Assembly: GCA_038065395.1 (NCBI GenBank)
Contig: JBBTRB010000002.1
Location: 50,647 to 114,646, forward strand
Reading direction: 5' to 3'
Source: Patescibacteria group bacterium
GTDB taxonomy: Bacteria; Patescibacteriota; Minisyncoccia; Phycocordibacterales; PALSA-1337
DNA: 64,000 nucleotides
Shown: positions 1-9,804 of the stretch, piece after piece
How positions within the stretch are numbered: the stretch's first letter is position 1
Layout: the number at the start of each line of letters is the position of its first letter
The notes under the pieces: model-generated
Databases searched by the model: none
What the model was told of the DNA's origin: nothing
Seen by the model: only the letters and a program-made list of their open reading frames with translations
Made by a program: the position numbers and the translations under genes

Positions 1-93
1 ACCAATATGCCATAGTCGCATTATAACCAGTAAGGCCTACCCTTGCTACCCCGACAATGTTAGAGTAGTCCGCAGAACCTAGACGCTCTTCAT

Positions 94-453
94 ATGCCTA
101 CACTCTACATCCTCTCGATCGGCTTGTTCGTCGCATGCATCGTCTTTGGGATCTCAGGCTACTATGCCTACAGATGCCTGGTGATACATGACGCATTCCT
201 ATTGGTGAAAAAAGTATTCGGAACAGATGCGAGGCGTGACAGCGATATTTGCGCAGCTTTGCACCAAGCGGGCATCAAACTCTCAAACCACGAGTTCACA
301 TGGTTTCTCCGCAAGCTCATCGAGACCGACCGGGTACACATTGACGTATCTGAACCTCGAGAGTATGTTGTGTTTTCTTCAGGCGAGAAATGGTATCGCC
401 TCGGAGAAAGGCGTGCTCGTGCAAAAAGAATGTACGACCACAATACGACATAG
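94..453 (+). CDS. small membrane-anchored protein with C-terminal winged-helix-like domain (paralog 1 of 3)
   Basis: N-terminal hydrophobic helix (LYILSIGLFVACIVFGISGYYAY) then about 90-aa soluble domain ending W-YRL. Same architecture as the next two ORFs. A weak hairpin plus T-run lies near 480-515. Confidence 0.4.
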   Translation: MPTLYILSIGLFVACIVFGISGYYAYRCLVIHDAFLLVKKVFGTDARRDSDICAALHQAGIKLSNHEFTWFLRKLIETDRVHIDVSEPREYVVFSSGEKWYRLGERRARAKRMYDHNTT

Positions 454-591
454 CCTGTGACACTCTTCTCACTGACCCCCACAACCCACCCTAACCGGTG
501 CGGTTTTTTATTGCTCTTTTCCAAGGTTGACCTCATCCCCTATTCGTTATAGATTGCACCTAGCTTAGTTCACTTACAACTCAATAACGTT

Positions 592-951
592 ATGTCACCC
601 AAACTATCACTCGCACTCATCGGTCTGGCGTTGATCATTCCACTTCTCGTAGGCGCTTGGTGCGTCGGGAGAAAGTACATGATCCAAAGGAAGAAAGATC
701 TGGTCACACACATCATTATCGAATCACTCAGAGGAGACGGAGAGCTTATCGAGCCCTACTTGGTAAATTATGTCGTACAACTCAAAACTGGCGTGGATTC
801 CCGAGAGGCAAAAAGTCTTCTTGACGAACTGGAAAATGCAGGAACCATAGTAAGCCGAGACGTTCGAGGAGATCCTTTGGGTCCCTGGAAAGCTTACAGC
901 CTTGCCGAGACTCAAACAAAACAACCTGTCGAACGTATAACGAAGGCTTAA
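592..951 (+). CDS. small membrane-anchored winged-helix-like protein (paralog 2 of 3)
   Basis: N-terminal TM (LSLALIGLALIIPLLVGAW) plus soluble domain. The stop is 3 nt before the next ORF's start. Confidence 0.4.
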   Translation: MSPKLSLALIGLALIIPLLVGAWCVGRKYMIQRKKDLVTHIIIESLRGDGELIEPYLVNYVVQLKTGVDSREAKSLLDELENAGTIVSRDVRGDPLGPWKAYSLAETQTKQPVERITKA

Positions 952-953
952 CT

Positions 954-1268
954 ATGGATCTTATTTATCTCCTTTGTTCGATCTTCGTAGCCTGCGCTTT
1001 TGGAGCCTTCGCCACATGGAGAGGTAACAAAGAGAAGAATCGTAGGGCTCGCCTGTTCATCGGTCGTTACCTGGATGAGAGGCATGAAGTATCTGCGCAA
1101 GAATTACACTTCAGACTCAACGAGGAAGGACTTACTTTCTCCGTTCGCGCATTCGAGGTTTTCATGGGTCAACTCGTAGCAGAAGGTTTGATCTCCTATG
1201 AAAATCAGCCGGGGGGTGCGAGACTCTACCGACTCCCTTCGGGCAATTCTATGCGAGAGATGGTTTGA
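954..1268 (+). CDS. small membrane-anchored winged-helix-like protein (paralog 3 of 3)
   Basis: N-terminal TM (LIYLLCSIFVACAFGAFATW). C-terminal ...GLISYENQPGGARLYRL resembles a wHTH wing. Confidence 0.45.
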   Translation: MDLIYLLCSIFVACAFGAFATWRGNKEKNRRARLFIGRYLDERHEVSAQELHFRLNEEGLTFSVRAFEVFMGQLVAEGLISYENQPGGARLYRLPSGNSMREMV

Positions 1269-1330
1269 GAATACGTTTCTCCCCACATTCCCCACGTTCA
1301 CAGGAACATGGGGAATTTTTTTACCTCAAC

Positions 1331-2854
1331 TTACTTCCCCAAATCCAACACTTCATCGATACGGATCTGTTCGACGAACTCTGGTACGTGAGAGACGAGG
1401 ATCATGGCACCTTCGTATTCATCGAGTGCCTTTGCGATCACAGGGATATGACGGAAGTTGATATGGTTGGTCGGTTCATCGAGGATCAGGAGTCCGGGAC
1501 GGAGCAAGACGAGACGTGCAAACGCAACCAATCCCTTCTGCCCTTCAGAGAGACTACCGATCTTGGTATGGATCGCATCAGCACCGATCAGGAAGCTTGC
1601 GGCAACGGCGCGGAGCTCGGTTTCGATGAGACGTCCATCGACAGCACGGATGATCTTCTCGAGTGACTGATACACCGTGTCATTGAAATCCATCATAGAA
1701 AAATCCTGACGATAATATCCGACACGAACACCTGGTGAGATCGTAGTACCATCGACACCATTTACAATCTTCTCCAAGAGAGTACTTTTGCCGATACCAT
1801 TTGGCCCAGAAAGTATCAGGTGGTTTTTCTTGCGCAGGGTCACATCACAGGTACGTTTGACGATCTTATGAGTCGTCGGACTGACGATCGAATAGGAAGA
1901 AATCTTGATGATGTCACCGATGAGATCTGGCTGACTCGGTATCGTGAACGGCTTGATCGTACGATCCTCTTTGCGCACGTCGACTTTCTCTTCTTCGAGT
2001 TCTTCGGCACGCTCGCGCATGCGCTTTGCGACCAGACGCATCTGACCTCCCTTCATCGCAAAGAAGTTCGCCTTGTCTTTGTTCTCTTGGATCTCTTTGG
2101 CGAGCTGCGCATTCTTCATATTCTCCTTTTCGATACGTGCAGAGATCTGCTCTACCACTGCAAAATAGTTACCGACGTATTGTTCGATCTTGCGAGTATA
2201 CACATCGAGATACAACACCCCATGGGTGAACGCATTGAGGAACTCCGCATCGTGAGAGATCACCAGACACGTCTTCTTGTAGTTGATCAGAAACTGGGTC
2301 AGATGTTCGATACCTGCCTTGTCGAGGTTGTTGGTCGGCTCGTCGAGGAGCAAGATGTCCGGATCCTGGATCAGAGCCGAAGCCAGGAGCAGTCTCGCCT
2401 GTTGACCGCCAGAGAAACTTTTGACCAAGCGATCCTTGATGTTGGTGCCGTCTTTGACCGTGGTGAGGTTGACCACTTCGAGCACTTCATCGATACGGGG
2501 GTCGATGTCGTATTTCTTTTCTTTGAAACAGGTTTGGAAAAAGTCTCGCACCGAGAGTTCGAGCTTGTCGCGAGGGATGACCTGACGCGCGGTCGCGATC
2601 GTAGTTCCCTGTGGCAGATGGATCGTACCTGATTCGGGAGAATGATCCCCTAGAAGGAGTCCGAAGAGTGTCGTCTTGCCTGCGCCGTTCTGGCCCATGA
2701 TGGTAACCTTGGTACCACGTCGTACGGTAAAGTTGACCTCATCGAGGATCGGTTTGTTGTGACCGTATTCGAAAGACACATCTTCGAAGCGGATCACCGT
2801 CTCTCCCCCAAAGGCTTTGGCGGCTGACTCTGACTGTTGAGTGCGTTTTGACAT
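1331..2854 (-). CDS. ABC-F family ATPase (two tandem ABC ATPase domains, no TMD; EttA/Uup-like)
   Basis: Two Walker A motifs ([18 protein letters not shown]), two ABC signatures ([18 protein letters not shown]) and two Walker B motifs ([16 protein letters not shown]). Confidence 0.85.
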   Translation of the reverse strand: MSKRTQQSESAAKAFGGETVIRFEDVSFEYGHNKPILDEVNFTVRRGTKVTIMGQNGAGKTTLFGLLLGDHSPESGTIHLPQGTTIATARQVIPRDKLELSVRDFFQTCFKEKKYDIDPRIDEVLEVVNLTTVKDGTNIKDRLVKSFSGGQQARLLLASALIQDPDILLLDEPTNNLDKAGIEHLTQFLINYKKTCLVISHDAEFLNAFTHGVLYLDVYTRKIEQYVGNYFAVVEQISARIEKENMKNAQLAKEIQENKDKANFFAMKGGQMRLVAKRMRERAEELEEEKVDVRKEDRTIKPFTIPSQPDLIGDIIKISSYSIVSPTTHKIVKRTCDVTLRKKNHLILSGPNGIGKSTLLEKIVNGVDGTTISPGVRVGYYRQDFSMMDFNDTVYQSLEKIIRAVDGRLIETELRAVAASFLIGADAIHTKIGSLSEGQKGLVAFARLVLLRPGLLILDEPTNHINFRHIPVIAKALDEYEGAMILVSHVPEFVEQIRIDEVLDLGK

Positions 2855-2943
2855 GAACGTATAGAGTACAACAGTTTGGTCTGATTGACAATTACTTTCA
2901 AGAGAGTAGTGTTATTGTCAGAACCTCAACCAAACCTTGCTCT

Positions 2944-3411
2944 ATGGCAACATTGATAACATTCAGAGAATTGTACGGTCAACTGAACGTCGACATATGG
3001 AACTATCCCGTGGAGATCTATGATGAAAAATCTGGATATGTAACACGTGGCAAGTGTGCCGAAATCCATATCTGGGATAACGGCAGCATCAAACGCATCG
3101 CCCTTTCAGGCGTAATCGTATGGAACCATTCACGAAAATCCTGGGAATCCAGAGAGGCCCAACTCAAAAGAAAGGGACCGATAGTGGCATCCTTCAACTT
3201 CAACTACAGACACACAGAATTCATGGAAGGACCTTTTGTCACTAACACCAAGGAAATCACCTTCACCTCTCTACATGAAGTTGATCGGCGCTTCGTCACC
3301 TTCTTCCCTGCCGGTTGTCGAGTCCCCAAAAGACCCTGCGCGTACGACAAGCATCAAGAGTGCCTTCATCTCATCTCATCTAAATCGAAACCAACTCCCC
3401 GTCGCCCTTAG
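2944..3411 (+). CDS. hypothetical protein
   Basis: 155-aa ORF with no recognisable motifs. A T-run follows the stop. Confidence 0.35.
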   Translation: MATLITFRELYGQLNVDIWNYPVEIYDEKSGYVTRGKCAEIHIWDNGSIKRIALSGVIVWNHSRKSWESREAQLKRKGPIVASFNFNYRHTEFMEGPFVTNTKEITFTSLHEVDRRFVTFFPAGCRVPKRPCAYDKHQECLHLISSKSKPTPRRP

Positions 3412-3586
3412 TGGTTGCGGGATTTTTTATACAAAAAAGGGCTCCACCGATCTCACCCGGCGGAGCTTGAAGTAGGGAACAAAACAACCCTACTAGATGA
3501 CATGGCTACCCAACCTCTCATCTGTGTATAAGTATAGAATTATTACCCCAAAAAGAAAATCCCGTCCCGAAGTGAATTGAGATAAG

Positions 3587-3605
3587 CCTAGGACAGACCT
3601 AGGCC
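3587..3605. repeat. CCTAGG-N7-CCTAGG palindromic intergenic element
   Basis: cctaggacagacctaggcc. Confidence 0.6.
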
Positions 3606-3644
3606 TTGTAAAATATAAGAATTAATGTTATAATTATACCCTCT

Positions 3645-4940
3645 ATGTCCGATACTAAGACTACACATACTACCTACGACGTCGCCGTGATCGGTGGTGG
3701 ACCAGCTGGGATGATGGCCGCGGGACGTGCTGCAGAACGTGGTCTCTCTGTAGTACTCGTCGAGAAGAACGACTCTCTCGGCAAGAAGCTCCTCATCACT
3801 GGTGGAGGTCGCTCCAACATCACCAATGCCGAGTTCGACGAACGTGTCTTCTTGGACAAATTCAAGAACAATGCCAAATTCCTCTTTTCGGCTTTTTCGC
3901 AACACAACGTCGAGAAAAGTCTGACATTCTTCCATGATCACAACATGCCTACCAAGACAGAGGCCGAGAAGCGCGTCTTCCCTACCAGCAACAAGGCTCA
4001 GTCAGTATGGGATGTCCTCGTCGCCTACATGAAGAAGGGCAACGTCACCATCCTTTCCAACACCGAAGTTGGCGCTTTCAACACCGCAGAAAAAGACGGC
4101 ACGACCACGATCGAAAGTCTTCGCCTCAAAAAGAATCCTCACGGTCTCAAAGAGCTCCGTGCCAAGTCTTTCATACTCGCAACCGGTGGTACATCAAGAC
4201 CAGAGACAGGCTCAACAGGTGATGCACTCCCTTGGCTGACCAAGCTCGGCCATACTGTCGTACCTCCATCAGTATCACTCGTACCCGTCTATATTCGTGA
4301 ACCATGGGTCAAGCGCCTCCAAGGTGTCACCGTCAAAGACGTCAAACTCTCACTGATCTCTGACGACAAGAAGATAGAGAGTCATATGGGCAAGATCCTC
4401 TTTACCCACTTTGGTATCAGTGGTCCGACCATACTCAACATGAGTAGTGATATCCGTGAACTCCTCTCGTACGGCAAGGCATACGTGTCACTCGACCTCC
4501 TCCCCAAACACGACTATTCGACACTCAACACAGCTCTCCAAGACCTCTTCAAAAAAGATCACAACAAAAAGATCAAAAACGTCCTCGACGCCCTGATACC
4601 GAGTGCGCTCGTACCTGTTGTGATCGAGATCTCCAAGATCAACCCCGACACCAAGACCAACAGTATCACTCGCGAAGAACGTCTCCATCTCGTCCAGCTT
4701 CTGAAGGATATTCGCATGGAAGCAACAGGACTTCTCGGTACCGACAAAGCCATCGTCACCTCTGGTGGCGTACGACTCCATGAGATCGACTGGAAGACCA
4801 TGTGTTCACGCAAGGTCCCCAACCTCCATATCATCGGTGATGTCCTCGATATCGACCGACCGTCGGGCGGATATAGTCTGCAACTCTGTTGGACGACCGG
4901 GTTTGTGGCTGGAAATTCTGTAGGGAAAAGTGGCAACTAG
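3645..4940 (+). CDS. HI0933/BaiN-like FAD-dependent flavoprotein (aminoacetone-oxidase family oxidoreductase)
   Basis: N-terminal Rossmann dinucleotide motif YDVAVIGGGPAGMMAAGRAAERG. The HI0933-family hallmark LLITGGGRSNITN is present. Confidence 0.8.
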   Translation: MSDTKTTHTTYDVAVIGGGPAGMMAAGRAAERGLSVVLVEKNDSLGKKLLITGGGRSNITNAEFDERVFLDKFKNNAKFLFSAFSQHNVEKSLTFFHDHNMPTKTEAEKRVFPTSNKAQSVWDVLVAYMKKGNVTILSNTEVGAFNTAEKDGTTTIESLRLKKNPHGLKELRAKSFILATGGTSRPETGSTGDALPWLTKLGHTVVPPSVSLVPVYIREPWVKRLQGVTVKDVKLSLISDDKKIESHMGKILFTHFGISGPTILNMSSDIRELLSYGKAYVSLDLLPKHDYSTLNTALQDLFKKDHNKKIKNVLDALIPSALVPVVIEISKINPDTKTNSITREERLHLVQLLKDIRMEATGLLGTDKAIVTSGGVRLHEIDWKTMCSRKVPNLHIIGDVLDIDRPSGGYSLQLCWTTGFVAGNSVGKSGN

Positions 4941-4983
4941 AAAATCACATTGACTTCTCTCATTACTAGTTACCAATTACTGA

Positions 4984-5376
4984 CTACTTAATCGGCAGAC
5001 TCTTCAACATTGCTCTGATCCTCTTGTACTCGGGCACCACCTCTGCGACCAGTTTCCAGAATGCCGGTGAATGGTTGAACTGACCGAGGTGACAAAGTTC
5101 ATGCACGACGACATAGTCACGGATCTCCTCGGGCAGGAATGCCAGACGATAATTGAAACTCAAGCCGCCTCGACGCGAACAACTCCCCCAGCGTGTCTTT
5201 TGATTCTTCACTGAGACCCGAGTATATACGAACCGATAGTGTTGGTTGAAATGCACAACTCGCTCACGAATGATCCGCAACGCCTCGTTCTTATGTGCCA
5301 GGAAGTCGCGTCGTCCCGTCGAGACAACCGATGCGATCTTGCGTCTATATATCCTCCGGAAAAGCCACATGTCCAC
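4984..5376 (-). CDS. YgjP/DUF45-like zinc metallohydrolase
   Basis: HEXXH motif (VVHELCHL) in a context typical of the YgjP/SprT-like WLM fold. Length 130 aa. Confidence 0.65.
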   Translation of the reverse strand: MDMWLFRRIYRRKIASVVSTGRRDFLAHKNEALRIIRERVVHFNQHYRFVYTRVSVKNQKTRWGSCSRRGGLSFNYRLAFLPEEIRDYVVVHELCHLGQFNHSPAFWKLVAEVVPEYKRIRAMLKSLPIK

Positions 5377-5711
5377 AGTATTGCATATTATCTATGCAGT
5401 GCTAAAGTATCCCCTGGTCACGGTCAATATGGAAATTGGTCGTGTATGCACCCGAGCCGGTCGGCCTACCGGTAAAAACAAAACAAAAAAAACAAACGGT
5501 TATGAGTCAACGTTCCAGACCGCCCATTCGGCAACAAACGAGGAACAGCAATCAGTGGAGATTGCCAGCGCCTACCACAAGAAAGTCCCCCGGGATTTTC
5601 GGGGCATTCCATCAGGGGCTCGGCAACTTGGCACGACTTGCCAAGTAACCAAACTCATTCACACATGCAAGCGCGGCAAACCTTCGGTTTGCCGCGCTCT
5701 TCTATTTCAAC

Positions 5712-7115
5712 CTAATCATTCTTACGAAAATCCCTACCCTTATTCCCACCTCTGTCTTCTCGATCTTTCTTTTGGATTTGGATCTTGCCACTAGATTGCT
5801 TTTTGTTTTTCTCGAGACTTTTGACCGCAGAACCCGTGAGAGATTTTGAGTCTACCTTACTCACAGACTCCTTTGTAGAACTTTGTGATCCGGATTTCTT
5901 CGACTTCACACCTTCCTTGAACAAGAGCTCAGCCTCCTTTGCGGCACGTTCTGCTTCGAGGATCTGTGTACGAGCCTCGTCATCTTGGCCACGATCTTGA
6001 TACTCTTCGGCTTGGCGAATATATGCTCGTGCCTCGTCGAGATTGCGCGTCGTCGTATCGAACAGTTTGCCCTGCAATGAACCCGGGGCAACTTTTGTTT
6101 TGGTGATACGTGCGGTTATATCGGCGATCATCTTGTCTGTCGATGCTTTGCGACGAGTGTATGTTGCAGGATCTTTCTGGGAGACTGACTTTTTGGATTG
6201 CACAGAAGACGTAGGAGTCACTTGAGGTTGTGGCGCGATAGGTGCAACAGATGCATCAGAAACGTTGCCAGCCTCATTGGCAGTAGGTGCGGACTCGATC
6301 GACATCATCATCGACATCGTAGCCGCTACAGGGACTTCGGCCACCGAACCCGAACTGCGACTGCCTCGTAGAGACTCGGCACGTGAACGTGCCAGAGATG
6401 CCACCACAATCCTCTTGTCTTGTTTGTCCTCGTCATCCTCCGTGGGTGCCTGTCGTGCGGATCGTGAAGCATCATCCTCAACACTCTTCATCGAACGTGC
6501 TTGCAGAGTGATGCGCGGTGCGTCATTCTCCGCGATCACTTCCAGTACCTGCGCACGAGCACCGAGACCCGCCTGGAATGCCACACTGATCTCGTCAGCG
6601 CGATCTTCGGCACCCTCCTCTCTCACACGCTGCAGAGCACGGTCAAAGTCACGAGTGTGCTGATCTAGACGTGTCTCTATCTCTGCCTGTGTAGTGTCGT
6701 CGAGCTTGCCTGTGGTCGCCAGCACACTTGCTTCTTCGATACGTCGCTCGGCTTTCTCTGCATTCCAGTTCGCCTGTCCCTCCGACGAGACCGTGAGGGT
6801 GTCACGGAGAGGTTCGACGATGTCCACCTTGATCGGGTACAGGACACTTCCTGGCAAAGCTCTCTCTGCCGCAGAGACGACTCCACCACTACCGATGATG
6901 ATGACGAGTGCGAGACTTGCTACTACCCATCGCTGCTGGGTGACCCAGGTATTGAAGGTATATACACTCCATGGACTCTTCACGTGTCGAGGAGTGGCCT
7001 CAGACTGTGCAACAGGCATAGCCACGATACGTGCACGCATCGCGTTTTTCTCTGTATCCGTCATGCGGATATGTTTGAGATCTTCTATTGCTTTGTTGAA
7101 TCTGTTGTCTTTCAT
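5712..7115 (-). CDS. putative membrane-spanning anti-sigma factor / sigma-factor-associated protein
   Basis: Immediately downstream of the ECF sigma gene with a 4-bp overlap. One TM helix near residues 60-80 (VVASLALVIIIGSGGVVSAA). Long charged, low-complexity extracytoplasmic C-terminal region. Confidence 0.45.
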   Translation of the reverse strand: MKDNRFNKAIEDLKHIRMTDTEKNAMRARIVAMPVAQSEATPRHVKSPWSVYTFNTWVTQQRWVVASLALVIIIGSGGVVSAAERALPGSVLYPIKVDIVEPLRDTLTVSSEGQANWNAEKAERRIEEASVLATTGKLDDTTQAEIETRLDQHTRDFDRALQRVREEGAEDRADEISVAFQAGLGARAQVLEVIAENDAPRITLQARSMKSVEDDASRSARQAPTEDDEDKQDKRIVVASLARSRAESLRGSRSSGSVAEVPVAATMSMMMSIESAPTANEAGNVSDASVAPIAPQPQVTPTSSVQSKKSVSQKDPATYTRRKASTDKMIADITARITKTKVAPGSLQGKLFDTTTRNLDEARAYIRQAEEYQDRGQDDEARTQILEAERAAKEAELLFKEGVKSKKSGSQSSTKESVSKVDSKSLTGSAVKSLEKNKKQSSGKIQIQKKDREDRGGNKGRDFRKND

Positions 7116-7666
7116 ATGTGTGATGGCTCGCTCTCCTCTATCGTATATCCACTGATCCGCCGAAGCTCTTCGAGTCCTCTGTTGATGCGTACCGATGCCG
7201 CGTTGGCTGATATATTCAAAATCTCTCCGATCTCCCCTGGTGACAGCCCTTCGACATAGCGGAGATATACTGGTTGTCGATACGAGGAGCTCAGTTTGGA
7301 TATCGACTGTACGAGGAATCGACCCTCTGACTCCATCTCGATATCCATCTTGGCGTTTTCTTGTGGAGGCTCGAAACTCTCTTCGTCATCTGGTCCCGAG
7401 AGACCCTCGAGTGAAACGGCCTTCTTCTTGCGATACCAGTCGATGATCAGACGATGTGCGATAGTAAAAAGGAAGGATCGTGCATGAGTCATCTCTTGGC
7501 CACGACCGAGACTTTGCCACAAACGAGTGAATGTCTCTTGGGTAATATCGAGTGCAATATCTCGATCTGACACTCGAAGTATACAAAAGCGGAATATGGC
7601 ATCAGAATACTCGGAATACAGGCTCTCGAACGTCTTCGTATGGGTAGTGTGCTGTGTCTGTGACAT
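7112..7666 (-). CDS. ECF-subfamily RNA polymerase sigma-70 factor
   Basis: Region 2 (FRFCILRVSDRDIALDITQETFTRLW) and region 4 HTH (LSPGEIGEILNISANAASVRINRGLEELR). Length 184 aa. Confidence 0.85.
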   Translation of the reverse strand: MSQTQHTTHTKTFESLYSEYSDAIFRFCILRVSDRDIALDITQETFTRLWQSLGRGQEMTHARSFLFTIAHRLIIDWYRKKKAVSLEGLSGPDDEESFEPPQENAKMDIEMESEGRFLVQSISKLSSSYRQPVYLRYVEGLSPGEIGEILNISANAASVRINRGLEELRRISGYTIEESEPSHI

Positions 7667-7728
7667 ATAACGATAGAGATGGGCTTTTCTTTCTATAAAA
7701 CATATAACAAAAAAGGGGTATTGTCCAT

Positions 7729-7755
7729 GTAACCTTTGGGCACCCGTGACGTTAT
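7729..7755 (+). promoter_or_regulatory. candidate ECF-type promoter (GTAACC-N16-CGTTAT) upstream of the Fn3-repeat protein gene
   Basis: AAC-N16-CGT spacing matches the sigE/sigW-type consensus. Located in the divergent intergenic region between the ECF sigma gene and 7812..9083. Confidence 0.25.
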
Positions 7756-7811
7756 ACCTCTTGTGAGCGCGTTCGGGCGCTCTTACCGTTTTACGAATTA
7801 ACTCACCTTAT

Positions 7812-9083
7812 ATGAATACTCACTTCAAGGCCTCTATTGGATTCCTCATCGTCGCACTCCTGCTCGCATCTCCCGCAGTCGGATTGGCGAGAGAGAACGA
7901 ATCGAAAGGCAAAGACAAGAAGCAAGAAACTCACAAAGTAGAAAAGAAAGATTCCTCATCGAAAAAACAATCCGATGACGATGATAAGGATGACAAGAAA
8001 AAGAAAGATGGTCGCAAGGATTCGAACTCAAAGACATGTCTCCGTGCATGGGGTCATATCTTCGCCCCAGGTTGGCTCAAGAAGAATGCCGACGTTGCTC
8101 GAGACGGCACTTGCCACCTTCCCTTCGGTATAGGGAAGAAGTTCCGTGGACACAATGCCACAACAACCCCGGACACAACCGCACCTGTCATAAGCTCGAT
8201 CTCATCGAAGCCCGCCAAGACTCAGGCCGAGATCCGTTGGACAACCAACGAGAAGTCCGATAGTACGGTCTTTTGGAGTCTGACCTCTCCGGTAGATGTC
8301 TCGGCTTCTGCTACCAAGTCTGTTACTCAGAAGGCATTGGTCAAAGACCATCAGGTCATCGTGAAGAACCTTGCAACAAGTACAACTTATTACATCGTTG
8401 TCCGATCTCGTGATGCAGCGGGCAACACAACTACTTCAGAAACCCGCTCCTTCACGACCAAAGCCCCTTCTACAGATACTGGCGCACCGACGATCGGTAA
8501 TGTCGCCACGATCATCAGTACCAGTACTGTCAGAGTCGGTTGGACTAACAACGAGAACGCAACTGGCAGAGTCTTCTATTCCACCACTCTCCCGGTAGCA
8601 CTCTCTGGTTCTGGTGCACAGTTCATCAACAGTGCCTCAACCAGCAAGAGTCACTCGGTCATTCTGACCAGTCTCACTCCGAATACGACCTACTACATGG
8701 TCGTCGAGTCCACTGACACCTCTGGCAATGTATCGACTTCAGCAACATTCTCAGCCAAAACTGCAGACCATGTTGTCTCGGATACAACTGTCCCTGTTAT
8801 CAGTGCTGTAGCCACTTCGGCAGGCACCTCGACCGCCACAGTCACCTGGACTACCAACGAGTCTGCAGACTCCAAGGTCTTCTGGAGCGCTACGAGTCCG
8901 GTCAACCTTTCATCTGTCTCTACCCCTTCGGTGAGCGAGACAAGTCTCGTAACCAGTCACTCGCTCTCATTGAGTAGCCTCGCTACGAGTACACAGTATT
9001 ACCTCGTCATCAGATCCAAAGATGCCGCAGGCAATACCACAACCTCGAACGAATTCTCATTCACTACTGGTTCTGGATTGTAA
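7812..9083 (+). CDS. secreted protein with K/D-rich low-complexity linker and three tandem fibronectin-III-like ~100-aa repeats
   Basis: Signal peptide (LIVALLLASPAVGLA). KKDSSSKKQSDDDDKDDKKKKDGRKD stretch. Three repeats, each with ...RV/IRWTTNE...VFWS...TTYY.VVRS.DAAGNTTTS.... Confidence 0.7.
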   Translation: MNTHFKASIGFLIVALLLASPAVGLARENESKGKDKKQETHKVEKKDSSSKKQSDDDDKDDKKKKDGRKDSNSKTCLRAWGHIFAPGWLKKNADVARDGTCHLPFGIGKKFRGHNATTTPDTTAPVISSISSKPAKTQAEIRWTTNEKSDSTVFWSLTSPVDVSASATKSVTQKALVKDHQVIVKNLATSTTYYIVVRSRDAAGNTTTSETRSFTTKAPSTDTGAPTIGNVATIISTSTVRVGWTNNENATGRVFYSTTLPVALSGSGAQFINSASTSKSHSVILTSLTPNTTYYMVVESTDTSGNVSTSATFSAKTADHVVSDTTVPVISAVATSAGTSTATVTWTTNESADSKVFWSATSPVNLSSVSTPSVSETSLVTSHSLSLSSLATSTQYYLVIRSKDAAGNTTTSNEFSFTTGSGL

Positions 9084-9109
9084 AATATAACTTATCTTCT
9101 CTGAAAAAA

Positions 9110-9137
9110 GAGCCCAGGTCTATCCTGGGTTCTTTTG
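9110..9137 (+). terminator. rho-independent terminator (CCCAGGTCTATCCTGGG hairpin + T-run)
   Basis: Perfect inverted repeat cccagg/cctggg followed by ttcttttgtat, 27 nt after the stop of 7812..9083. Confidence 0.5.
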
Positions 9138-9140
9138 TAT

Positions 9141-9176
9141 ATTAAAAAAGCCCGCCTCGATACCCTATCGAAGAGG
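9141..9176 (-). terminator. rho-independent terminator for the minus-strand gene 9185..9673
   Basis: On the minus strand: gccctcttcgata-ggg-tatcgaggcgggc hairpin followed by tttttt. Confidence 0.45.
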
Positions 9177-9184
9177 GCTACTCA

Positions 9185-9673
9185 TCACCGCCAAAACGTT
9201 GCATGTCGCGGAGTCAGGCGATACTTGAGCCAGTACCAGACGATCACCGGTTGCTGTCCGGCGATATTCTGGATCACAGGCACAAACTGATTGCCATGAT
9301 TATCATACGCTGTTGATGCCCAGAGTAAGACTTGCCAATCTCCACACTTCTCTCGGAGGAGTCCTGCATCGATGAGCCGGTGCGCGTCACCTAGGCCGAG
9401 ACAATATACGAGCTGTCCCACACCGACGATCCTCTCGAGCAACTCTTCGGCGACAGCATCTTTCCCTAAACCGAAGTTATAGTCATCAAGAGGATCATGG
9501 GTAGCGATGTCTCTCGGTATTTCGAGACGATTACTGTTGAGTCGATACAATATCAGCTTCGCAATATCCGAACCCAAGTATCCCTTCAGACCAGGATATA
9601 CGAAGTCGACCATCGAATCTGGCAACTCATCAGGACGAACGACCAAACCAACAAGCGGTTGCTGTAATGTCAT
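9185..9673 (-). CDS. hypothetical protein
   Basis: 162-aa ORF with its own terminator. No family recognised. Confidence 0.4.
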   Translation of the reverse strand: MTLQQPLVGLVVRPDELPDSMVDFVYPGLKGYLGSDIAKLILYRLNSNRLEIPRDIATHDPLDDYNFGLGKDAVAEELLERIVGVGQLVYCLGLGDAHRLIDAGLLREKCGDWQVLLWASTAYDNHGNQFVPVIQNIAGQQPVIVWYWLKYRLTPRHATFWR

Positions 9674-9804
9674 AGTTCATTCTCTTTCACACGTACAGAG
9701 GTTATCTAAAAGCTTATAATGGCATGGAGTTGGGACAAAAAGCAACATTTGACTAATAAGAAAGGTGGGTATATCGTGAGTTCAGAAAGGTTTGAAAACA
9801 CGCT

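Noticed and set aside
1820-2632. 270-aa plus-strand ORF antisense to the ABC-F gene
   Set aside because: It lies entirely within a well-supported ABC-F CDS on the other strand, with no motifs. It is a typical antisense artefact of GC-rich coding sequence.
3433-3466. Hairpin gctccacc...ggcggagc preceded by an A-run (would be a minus-strand terminator)
   Set aside because: No minus-strand gene ends upstream of it; the 3588..3941 minus ORF overlaps the flavoprotein gene and looks spurious. It is possibly a bidirectional element, so I did not call it as a feature.
5246-5794. 182-aa plus-strand ORF spanning the intergenic region into the anti-sigma gene
   Set aside because: It has no RBS or start context and crosses a UUCG-loop hairpin (5672-5695). 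It is more likely non-coding; the intergenic region may hold a small RNA, but the evidence is insufficient.
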